Assembly: GCF_029504745.1 (NCBI RefSeq)
Contig: NZ_JAQFIQ010000043.1
Location: 1 to 19,189 of the forward strand
Length of the DNA: 19,189 nt
Source of the DNA: Breznakia sp. PF5-3
GTDB taxonomy: Bacteria > Bacillota_I > Bacilli_A > Erysipelotrichales > Erysipelotrichaceae
Direction of reading: 5' to 3'
The position numbers and the translations under genes are program-made. Each line of letters opens with the position of its first letter. Position 1 is the stretch's first letter. The notes beneath the pieces were generated by a model. That model made no database searches and was not told where the DNA came from. It saw only the letters and a list, made by a program, of their open reading frames with translations. Shown here piece after piece: positions 7,816-15,222 of the stretch.

Positions 7816-8328
7816 ATGAAGAAAAGAGAAATAAACAAACAGAAGCAAAAGTTAAAGAAAGAAAGTAATATCAAGTGGATAAAGCGTGCTAAAAATATGT
7901 GTGTTGCCCTTGTAGTATTATTTCTTGTATATGTATTTGGATTTTCAGTGGTGCTGAAAGAATCGTTTTCTAAAGTTATTACAGAGTATCCGATTATTAT
8001 TGTAGGATTTATTGTAGCAGTTGCGAATTTGTTTGTTTGGGCTACTTTAAAAAGATTTATTAAGATGCTAGAAACATATGAGCATATTGAATTTGTTCAA
8101 GTTTCTTTGATCATTATTACAATCGCACAAGTATTGTTAGTTAATTTTATATCGGTAGTTTTGCTTATTGTTTCATTAGTAAAATGTTTTAATTGGCAAG
8201 TATTTGATAAAAAAGTAGCTTTTCAAAAAATAAAAGAAGAAAAGCTGTTGCTGCCATTACTTGGTATGTGTGTCATTCTCGCTATCTTAGTTACCCTTGC
8301 TTTTATGATATCGTTTGTGGCAATTTAA
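7816..8328 (+). CDS. Hypothetical 4-TM membrane protein with a Lys-rich N-terminus
   Basis: MKKREINKQKQKLKKESNIKWIKRAK is followed by four hydrophobic segments. No family motif is recognised. ATG 7816 was chosen because SD GAGGTGA (7804-7810) lies 5 nt upstream; the ORF formally opens at GTG 7807. Confidence 0.6.
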   Translation: MKKREINKQKQKLKKESNIKWIKRAKNMCVALVVLFLVYVFGFSVVLKESFSKVITEYPIIIVGFIVAVANLFVWATLKRFIKMLETYEHIEFVQVSLIIITIAQVLLVNFISVVLLIVSLVKCFNWQVFDKKVAFQKIKEEKLLLPLLGMCVILAILVTLAFMISFVAI

Positions 8329-8339
8329 AGATTTAGAAT

Positions 8340-8373
8340 AAAAAAAGTATGATTAGTTAAATCATACTTTTTT
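8340..8373. terminator. Bidirectional rho-independent terminator between the two convergent membrane-protein genes
   Basis: A7 run, stem AGTATGATT / AATCATACT (loop AGTTA), then a T6 run. It is symmetric, so it can terminate both strands. Confidence 0.8.
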
Positions 8374-8374
8374 G

Positions 8375-8926
8375 TTACTTTTTATGGCTTAATTCAGCTT
8401 TGTTTTTCTTTATTAAAATAAGTGCCATCTTGATTGCCATATAACCTGCTCCTAATGAGACAATGCAACTACAAGCAACGATCATTTTGTTGTCTAACAA
8501 TCCCTCTGTTGCATATAAATTTGCAATCATTAGAATAGCCAAAGCAAAATATAATAGACAGCGTAATAGGATTGCTCCTCTGCTTAATTCTATTTGCTTC
8601 TCTACAGAACTTTTTGCGTTTTCTGGTTTGAAGTTACGTAGCTGTGTCATAGAAGATAATGTTTTCTGATAACGATATTCTAAAAGCACTGCAGAAGCAA
8701 CACCAATTGCTAATGAAATCCAAATATTTATTTTAAATAATAATTCACAAAAAATAACAACAATAACGGCAAACATATAACGGTATGTATATGTTTGAAA
8801 TGTTCCCTCTGATTCTTTGGGGATAACGTATGCTATATTTTTACGCTTATTATAATAAATAGCTCGTTTATGTTTATCAAAATAAATGTTTTTCCCAGTT
8901 AAAACTACTTCTTTTTGTTTTGCCAA
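8375..8926 (-). CDS. Hypothetical 4-TM membrane protein with a roughly 50-aa basic cytoplasmic N-terminal segment
   Basis: Two TM pairs are separated by a polar loop of about 40 aa. No family motif is recognised. The ORF opens with GTG at 8935, but SD AGAGGTGA overlaps it; TTG at 8926 lies 5 nt after the SD. Start uncertain (8926 or 8935). Confidence 0.6.
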   Translation of the reverse strand: MAKQKEVVLTGKNIYFDKHKRAIYYNKRKNIAYVIPKESEGTFQTYTYRYMFAVIVVIFCELLFKINIWISLAIGVASAVLLEYRYQKTLSSMTQLRNFKPENAKSSVEKQIELSRGAILLRCLLYFALAILMIANLYATEGLLDNKMIVACSCIVSLGAGYMAIKMALILIKKNKAELSHKK

Positions 8927-8990
8927 TGAAATCACCTCTAAGCTCTATTATAATGGTATAATGCAAGAATATCTATAAAGAATTAGTAAA

Positions 8991-9006
8991 TAATTTGTAC
9001 AAATTA
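8991..9006. promoter_or_regulatory. Perfect 16-bp palindrome TAATTTGTACAAATTA, candidate operator/activator site
   Basis: Exactly self-complementary. It is centred about 28 nt upstream of the -35 of the putative agaS promoter, roughly -62 relative to the predicted TSS. Confidence 0.4.
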
Positions 9007-9026
9007 ACAGATGTGATGTGTCATGA

Positions 9027-9054
9027 TTGAATTTGAGCGATTTCAAGATATAAT
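9027..9054 (+). promoter_or_regulatory. Putative sigma-A promoter of agaS-EIIA(Man)
   Basis: TTGAAT (9027-9032), a 16-nt spacer, then TATAAT (9049-9054), about 30 nt upstream of the ATG. Confidence 0.5.
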
Positions 9055-9086
9055 AAAAATGTAAAAAAGTAGCTTAGGAGGTAAGT

Positions 9087-10262
9087 ATGTTATTTAATAT
9101 GGAATTAGACGCGTGGAAGGAAAAATACGGATATTGGACAGCAAAAGAAATCAATCAACAACCTGAAACGTGGAAGAAAACGGTTCAAAAAATAAAAGAA
9201 AACAAAAGTGATATTCATGCATTTATTAATAAAGTGATTCTTCAAAAAGACTTTGATATTATTTTGACGGGTGCAGGAACAAGTGAGTTTGTAGGAAATA
9301 CAGTATACTCATACTTGAATAGATTTACGGATTATAAATGTAAATCTTATGCAACAACAGATATTGTTGCATGTCCAGAAAATTATTTATCAAGAAAGAA
9401 GCCAACTTTATTGATTTCTTATGGAAGAAGTGGAAATTCTCCTGAGTCGGTGGCTGCAGTAGAAGCTGCGAATACGGTTTGTGAAGAAATTTATCATTTG
9501 TTTATTACTTGTAATAAGGATGGAGCATTAGCAAAATTTGCGGATGGTAAAGATAATTGTTATGCAATTAATATAACACAAGAAACACATGATCAAAGTT
9601 TTGCGATGACTTCAAGTTTTTCAAATATGTATTTAGCGACAGTATTGTCATTCCGTTTGGATGTTCTATCAGAAATGGAAGGATATGTAGATACAATTGT
9701 TACTGGTGTAAATGGGTTATTAAATACTGGATTTACAAAAATTGAAGCAATGATTAAAGATTTCGATTTTAGACGTTTGGTATATTTAGGAAGTAATACG
9801 AATAAGGGAGTAGCACAAGAATCAGCATTGAAGATGCTAGAGTTGACAGCGGGAAAAGTTTCAACGATGTTTGATACACCTTTAGGTTTCCGCCATGGAC
9901 CTAAGTCAGTAATTGATAATACAACGCTTACAGTTGTATATTTAAGTGATAATCCATATACTCGTCAATATGAATGTGATATTATTAAAGAGATGAGTCC
10001 ACAACGTAATGGAAATAAAATCTTAGCGGTGTCTACTTATCAGGATGACGAGATTGAAGGATTGGTTGATTATTTCTATTCATTTGATAATAATCAAAAA
10101 TTGGATAATGTATTTATTGGATTGGAGTACATTGTTGTAGCACAGCTAATTGCTTTATATAAATCGTTGTCATTTGACATCACACCAGATAATCCTTGTC
10201 CAAGTGGAGAAGTAAATAGGGTTGTGAAAGGGGTAACGATTTACCCATATGAAAAGAAGTAG
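9087..10262 (+). CDS. agaS: AgaS-type SIS-domain sugar-phosphate isomerase/deaminase (galactosamine-6-P / tagatose-6-P ketose-aldose isomerase family)
   Basis: Recalled AgaS signatures are present along the whole length: WTAKEINQQPETW, ILTGAGTSEFVGN, LLISYGRSGNSPESVAAVEAAN, HLFITCN, ETHDQSFAMTSSFSNM, ESALKMLELTAGK, GFRHGPKSV, PYTRQYECD and PSGEVNRVVKGVTIYP. SD AGGAGG lies 5 nt upstream. Confidence 0.9.
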   Translation: MLFNMELDAWKEKYGYWTAKEINQQPETWKKTVQKIKENKSDIHAFINKVILQKDFDIILTGAGTSEFVGNTVYSYLNRFTDYKCKSYATTDIVACPENYLSRKKPTLLISYGRSGNSPESVAAVEAANTVCEEIYHLFITCNKDGALAKFADGKDNCYAINITQETHDQSFAMTSSFSNMYLATVLSFRLDVLSEMEGYVDTIVTGVNGLLNTGFTKIEAMIKDFDFRRLVYLGSNTNKGVAQESALKMLELTAGKVSTMFDTPLGFRHGPKSVIDNTTLTVVYLSDNPYTRQYECDIIKEMSPQRNGNKILAVSTYQDDEIEGLVDYFYSFDNNQKLDNVFIGLEYIVVAQLIALYKSLSFDITPDNPCPSGEVNRVVKGVTIYPYEKK

Positions 10263-10277
10263 AAAGGTGGTAATAGG

Positions 10278-10706
10278 ATGATTGGTATTGTAGTAACAGG
10301 ACATGGTAACTTTGGTTCAGGTCTTACTAGCTCAGTTAATTTGATTGCTGGAAATCCTGCACATTATGAATATGTCGATTTTTTAGAAGATTACTCTACA
10401 GATGATTTGGATCGTGAATTAAGAAAAGCATTTGATCGTTTGAAAGAATGTGATGGTATTATCGTTATGTCAGATTTACCAGGAGGTTCACCATTTAAGA
10501 CAGCTGTAATGGTTGCACAAGATTATGAAAATATTGAAGTAATCGGTGGAACAAACTTGCCTATGATTTGTGAGATTACAATGGCTAGAACGATGATTGA
10601 TGACATGGATGCATTAGTTGATATGGCATTGAATACAGGAAAAGCGCAAATTGTAAAGTTTGAACTTAAAAAAGCTGATAAAGCAGAAGCAAGTGACGGA
10701 ATCTAA
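10278..10706 (+). CDS. PTS mannose/fructose/sorbose/GalNAc-family EIIA component (stand-alone)
   Basis: MIGIVVTGHGNFGSGL (phospho-His in the N-terminal GHG loop) and DLPGGSPF motifs. It starts 15 nt after the agaS stop, with SD AAAGGTGG. Confidence 0.9.
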   Translation: MIGIVVTGHGNFGSGLTSSVNLIAGNPAHYEYVDFLEDYSTDDLDRELRKAFDRLKECDGIIVMSDLPGGSPFKTAVMVAQDYENIEVIGGTNLPMICEITMARTMIDDMDALVDMALNTGKAQIVKFELKKADKAEASDGI

Positions 10707-10731
10707 AACATCTCATTAGAGATGTTTTTTT
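10705..10731 (+). terminator. Rho-independent terminator of the agaS-EIIA unit
   Basis: Stem AAAACATCTC / GAGATGTTTT with loop ATTA, running into a T7 tract. The stem starts within the stop codon. Confidence 0.85.
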
Positions 10732-10915
10732 AATATGTGAAACTTTTACGAGTGTATAATCGTTTGTTATATAGAAGGACATGATATATTAGTAATCCTA
10801 AATAGATATTTGGCTCTATGCAATGAAAATTGCTATCTATGTTGGAACTTTGTTTTGAATTAAATCTCATTCCTATGAAGCAATAAATAGATATATTATA
10901 TCCTTCTATCTATTT

Positions 10916-10950
10916 AAAGCCCTACTTGTTTACATGTAGGGCTTTTGGTT
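10916..10950. terminator. Stem-loop terminator next to the MATE gene stop, usable on both strands
   Basis: Stem AAAGCCCTAC / GTAGGGCTTT with a 10-nt loop. The plus-strand tail is TTTTGGTTT; the minus-strand tail is TTTAAATAG. The plus-strand tail is actually the better U-tract. Confidence 0.7.
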
Positions 10951-12320
10951 TATTCTTGTGTTTCTTTAGGCTCATCCGGATATGTTTCACTGATTTCTTT
11001 GATTGAGCTTAGACATGCATACATGAGATATATCATGGCTCCTATCCAAGCGGTTACTTCGGCAAAAAAGATACCCAAACTTCCCATAATCATAGGAAGC
11101 AGTAAAGCAGATCCAATTCGCATTACAAATTCAATGAAACCTGAAATCATAGGGGCAACAGTATTTCCTAATCCCTGTAAGGTACAACGATAGGTATATA
11201 ACATATATAGTGATGATAATAATAGACTCATAATAAATAGATATTGATAAGCAATATCTAGAACTTTTGAAGAGTTTGCATCATTTGCTATAAATAATTG
11301 CAATAACGGTTTTCCAAATATAATCATGAAAACAGAAATCATCAAGGAAACAATTAAAGAAAGTTTTGTTGAACTAGTTAATCCTGCTTTGATTCGTTTT
11401 ATTTTTTTAGCTCCCCAATTTTGGGCAGTAAAAGTAGTTGAAGCATATCCAAAAGAGACAGCGGAACTTTCAAGTAATCCATACAGTTTATTGGTAGCAG
11501 TAAATCCTGCTACGAACAGGAATCCATATTTGTTGATTACGGATTGTAAAACCATACCGCCAACAGCAATTACAATATGTTGCAATACCAATGGAGAACT
11601 AAGTTTTAGTAAATCTTTAATCACAAAAGATTCAATTTCGCGGTCTTCTTTATGTAATTTTATAAATTTTAATTTTTTGATAATTACAAAACAATAAAGA
11701 GAAGCGATAAATTGTGCAATTACAGTTGCAAAGGCAGCCCCTGCAATTCCCCAACCTAAGACCATAACAAACAATAAGTCTAATGCGATATTTGTAACAG
11801 CTGCAATAGCCATGGCAATAAGAGGTGTTTTACTATCGCCAAATGCTCGTAAGATGGAAGAAGTCATATTATAACAAACAACAACGATGCTTCCTGAAAC
11901 CATAATATATAAGTATGTTAATGCACCATCTAAAAGATTGTCTGGGGTATTCAATAATTCTAATAAGGGGCGTCCAGCTACTAAACCAAGAACAGTAACA
12001 AAGAGTGTAACAACTCCACAAATAAGAATTGACATGGCAATTGATTTTTTTAATCGCTTGTTATTTTTAGAACCAAAATCTTGAGTGATTCGAATTGCAC
12101 ATCCTTGTGTGAATGCTTGAATAATCCATAATAGTAGCCAATATGTCCAATCGGTAGCCCCTAGTGAAGCTAAGGCGGTAACACCAACTCCCTGACCAAC
12201 AATGATGGCATCAATGATCATATATAGTTGTTGACCAAGATTTCCAAGGATTAAAGGAATGGCAAACATAATAATTAGTTTTGTTGGATTTCCATGGGTC
12301 ATATCTTTTACTCTACTCAT
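10950..12320 (-). CDS. MATE-family multidrug/toxic-compound efflux transporter
   Basis: About 456 aa with 12 TM segments. The N-terminus GNPTKLIIMFAIPLILGNLGQQLYMIIDAIIVGQGVG is typical of MATE/NorM-like proteins. I moved the start to ATG 12320 (MSRVKD...), which has SD GAGGGG 4-5 nt upstream. Confidence 0.9.
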   Translation of the reverse strand: MSRVKDMTHGNPTKLIIMFAIPLILGNLGQQLYMIIDAIIVGQGVGVTALASLGATDWTYWLLLWIIQAFTQGCAIRITQDFGSKNNKRLKKSIAMSILICGVVTLFVTVLGLVAGRPLLELLNTPDNLLDGALTYLYIMVSGSIVVVCYNMTSSILRAFGDSKTPLIAMAIAAVTNIALDLLFVMVLGWGIAGAAFATVIAQFIASLYCFVIIKKLKFIKLHKEDREIESFVIKDLLKLSSPLVLQHIVIAVGGMVLQSVINKYGFLFVAGFTATNKLYGLLESSAVSFGYASTTFTAQNWGAKKIKRIKAGLTSSTKLSLIVSLMISVFMIIFGKPLLQLFIANDANSSKVLDIAYQYLFIMSLLLSSLYMLYTYRCTLQGLGNTVAPMISGFIEFVMRIGSALLLPMIMGSLGIFFAEVTAWIGAMIYLMYACLSSIKEISETYPDEPKETQE

Positions 12321-12390
12321 ACTGCCCCTCACTTTCATATACTCTCTATTGTATACAAAATGAAAAGAAAAAAATAGAATATAATATGAA

Positions 12391-12422
12391 AAATTAAAAA
12401 AGATATCCTTTATAGATATCTT
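12391..12422 (-). terminator. Rho-independent terminator of the AraC-family gene
   Basis: Minus strand has stem AAGATATC / GATATCTT (plus 12400-12407 and 12415-12422) followed by TTTTTAATTT. Confidence 0.75.
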
Positions 12423-12425
12423 CTC

Positions 12426-13598
12426 TTAGTTATAAATTGTTTTCGCATAATCTGTAGGTGTGATTCCAAATTGTTGTTTAAACTTTCTGGAAAAATAATG
12501 GATGGATGCAAAACCTAAAATATTTGAAATTTCAGAAATTGTATACTTTGATTCCTTAATCAATAATTTTGATTTTTTAAGTTTTAAATCACTTATATAT
12601 TGTTTTGGTGCAGTGTTTAAATTATTTTTAAATAGTTGTTGTAAACTTGATCTACTAATAGAAAATTCCTGACATAATTTTTCAATAGTGATTGCTGTAT
12701 AAATATTATCATTGATATATAATAATATTTCATTCAGCAATTCATTTTCAAATTTTTGCTGCATAGGTGTATTTGCTACTGGATTATCATCCATTAAGTC
12801 AGTGTGTAGTAATTTAATGATTGTTTCTTTCAAATAACAAATCATTAAATCTTTATTATAAACAGTTTCGTTGTTTGACATTCTAACAAAATTGTTAATG
12901 GCATTTAATGTTTCACGATTTGCATTAAATACACGATTTTGTAATTCTTCAGGATTGTTACATTCCATATCAAACATAACGGTTAAGTATGAGCAAGAAT
13001 TATTTGCTGTTGTATGTTGGGTGTGGTATTGCCTTGGTCCATAAAGGATTAAATCATAATTTTTTAAAGTATAGAATTCACCATCGATGGAAGTTTCCAA
13101 TTGACCATTGTCAATGAAGGTTAACTCCCAGTGATCATGTGATTCTCCTGCGAAGTTATAGTTTGCATTACGTACTTGATAATAACAGGCTAGAACTTCT
13201 TTGATTTCTACATTTGGTATAATCCGTTCATAAGCAAATGTTTCTGATAACGGATATTTTTGGTTGCTGATATTGCTACGTGATGATATTTCAATTTTAG
13301 AATTATTTGTAATACTAATAAAATTAAAATAGATACCAGCTTTAATTTTGATAACTCTGTGAATAACAAATTGCTCTATGGGAGCAGTTTCGATATCCGT
13401 AGTTACAACTAACATTACAATCCCATCATCTACACGGATGTAAGTGTCGTCGTTATTGCAATACATGAAATTTACTTTTTTGTTTGAAATCTTGTTAATT
13501 TTTCTTCCACCAGGTTTGCTTTTGTGTCGACTTCTTGATAGATCTTGAAAAATTTCCCCATATTTTTGGAAAATAAAACTTGTTGTTTTATTAAACAT
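12426..13598 (-). CDS. AraC/XylS-family transcriptional regulator with cupin sensor domain and an extra N-terminal region of about 130 aa
   Basis: C-terminal double HTH (ITIEKLCQEFSISRSSLQQLFK...; ISEISNILGFASIHYFSRKFKQQFGITPTDYAK). A central cupin-like segment reads ESHDHWELTFIDNGQLETSIDGEFYTLKNYDLILYGPRQYH. At 390 aa it is about 100 aa longer than typical AraC sugar regulators. SD AAGGTGA lies upstream of ATG 13598. Confidence 0.85.
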   Translation of the reverse strand: MFNKTTSFIFQKYGEIFQDLSRSRHKSKPGGRKINKISNKKVNFMYCNNDDTYIRVDDGIVMLVVTTDIETAPIEQFVIHRVIKIKAGIYFNFISITNNSKIEISSRSNISNQKYPLSETFAYERIIPNVEIKEVLACYYQVRNANYNFAGESHDHWELTFIDNGQLETSIDGEFYTLKNYDLILYGPRQYHTQHTTANNSCSYLTVMFDMECNNPEELQNRVFNANRETLNAINNFVRMSNNETVYNKDLMICYLKETIIKLLHTDLMDDNPVANTPMQQKFENELLNEILLYINDNIYTAITIEKLCQEFSISRSSLQQLFKNNLNTAPKQYISDLKLKKSKLLIKESKYTISEISNILGFASIHYFSRKFKQQFGITPTDYAKTIYN

Positions 13599-13926
13599 TG
13601 TATCACCTTATTTCTATGTATTAAGTTTACCATACATATGCTATTTTTTTAAGTAAATATGTGGTAAAAACGATATAAATTGATATAAAGAATGATTTTG
13701 AAGTATTTATATTAAAAATGGATATTATAATGGTGAAATGATAGATATATTAATAAAAAAACGAAATTCCGTTGTTTTAACAACAAAAAATGAGCAATAT
13801 CACACAAAAAACACAAAAAGTACAAACCCTTTAACAAAAAGTGTAAATACATTTAGGCTTATTATATTAAAATAAAAGTGTAGTGGAGCCTGTCTTCTAT
13901 TTTGCACTACAGAAGGGAGAGAGAAT

Positions 13927-14403
13927 ATGCCAAATATTGTATTAACAAGAATTGACAATCGTCTAATCCACGGACAAGTTGCTACACAGTGGGCTGGAGT
14001 TGTTGGAGCTAATTTACTTCTTGTTGCAAATGATGCGGTTGCTGGAGATGAATTTAGACAAGGTCTAATGGATATGGCAGCACCTGCATATGCACAAACA
14101 AGATACTTCACAATTCAAAAGACGATTGACATTATTGACAAAGCGAGCGATGCTCAAAAGATTGCTATTATTTGCGAGACTCCTCAAGATGTTTTAAAGC
14201 TCATTGAAGGAGGCGTTCCAATTAAAAAAGTTAATATTGGAAACATGCATATGGCAGATGGAAAGCGTCAAGTTGCTACCACAGTTGCGGTAGATGATAG
14301 CGATGTTGCTGCTTTCAAAAAGATGCAAGAATTAGGTGTGGAGCTTGAAATCAAGCGTGTACCTGATACTGCAGCTGAAGATATTAATAAATTATTTAAA
14401 TAA
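13927..14403 (+). CDS. PTS mannose/fructose/sorbose/GalNAc-family EIIB component (stand-alone)
   Basis: MPNIVLTRIDNRLIHGQVATQW carries the signature phospho-His of Man-type EIIB. It aligns by eye with the IIB half of E. coli ManX. Confidence 0.9.
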   Translation: MPNIVLTRIDNRLIHGQVATQWAGVVGANLLLVANDAVAGDEFRQGLMDMAAPAYAQTRYFTIQKTIDIIDKASDAQKIAIICETPQDVLKLIEGGVPIKKVNIGNMHMADGKRQVATTVAVDDSDVAAFKKMQELGVELEIKRVPDTAAEDINKLFK

Positions 14404-14421
14404 AAGGAGGATTACATACAA

Positions 14422-15222
14422 ATGGATGTTATTCAAGTAATATTATTGGCAGTTGTAACGTTTATCTTTGCAATTGACCAATTCTCATTAACTGAAACGT
14501 TATACCGTCCAATGGTTGCTTGTCCAATTATCGGTCTTTGTTTAGGAGACCTTAACACTGGATTAGTAGTTGGTGGTACTTATGAGTTGATGATGGTAGG
14601 TAATATGCCAGTTGGTGGGGCACAACCACCAAACGCTGTTCTTGGTGCAGTAGTTGCGATGGTATTCGCAGTAAAATCAGGAATGGGAGTTGAAGCAGCA
14701 TTAGGTTCTTCAATTATCTTTGCTGTATTTGGACAATATGTAGTTACAACAGTATTTACAATTATGTCTGGTCTTATGTCTAAAGCTGACAAAGCAGCTG
14801 AAGAAGCTAACCCAGCTGGAATTACACAAGTTACAGTAGTTTCAATGGGATTATTAGGTGCATTGTTTGCAGTATTAGCAATTCTTGCTTATACAGGTGG
14901 AACACAAGCTGCTGAAATGTTGAATGAAGTACAAGAAAGCGCAAGCTGGATCATGGGTGGTTTAAGTGCTGCCGGTGGAATGATGCGTTTCGTAGGGTTT
15001 GCAATTTTGATGAAAATTATGCTTTCTAGCGATCTTTGGGGATTCTTCCTTGCAGGATTTGCAATGGCAAACATCATTTCAAACATTGAAGTTCTTGCAA
15101 ACTCAACAATGATTCTAATGGCATTTATTGGATTTGCAATCGCATTGTTCGATTTCCAAGTGAATGTAAATATTAAAAACCGTGTAGGTAGTGGAACAGG
15201 AGGTACTAGTGATGGCATCTAA
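14422..15222 (+). CDS. PTS mannose-family EIIC membrane component
   Basis: 266 aa, multi-TM, ManY/AgaC-like (YRPMVACPIIGLCLGDLNTGLVVGGTYELM; KADKAAEE loop). SD AAGGAGG lies upstream. Confidence 0.9.
   Translation: MDVIQVILLAVVTFIFAIDQFSLTETLYRPMVACPIIGLCLGDLNTGLVVGGTYELMMVGNMPVGGAQPPNAVLGAVVAMVFAVKSGMGVEAALGSSIIFAVFGQYVVTTVFTIMSGLMSKADKAAEEANPAGITQVTVVSMGLLGALFAVLAILAYTGGTQAAEMLNEVQESASWIMGGLSAAGGMMRFVGFAILMKIMLSSDLWGFFLAGFAMANIISNIEVLANSTMILMAFIGFAIALFDFQVNVNIKNRVGSGTGGTSDGI

Noticed and set aside
10823-10858. 11-codon ORF MKIAIYVGTLF-stop resembling the N-terminus of a Rossmann-fold protein (possible gene remnant).
   Set aside because: There is no SD. It is too short to distinguish from chance, and no recognisable continuation exists in any frame downstream.
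10730-10870. 46-codon minus-strand ORF (MRFNSKQSSNIDSNFHCIEPNIYLGLLIYHVLLYNKRLYTRKSFTY) in the structured intergenic region, considered as a type I toxin.
   Set aside because: The only SD-like sequence (AGGA) abuts the ATG with no spacing. The hydrophobic stretch is only about 13 aa and contains His. The N-terminus is polar, unlike known type I toxins. It is kept only as an alternative explanation under the sRNA finding.
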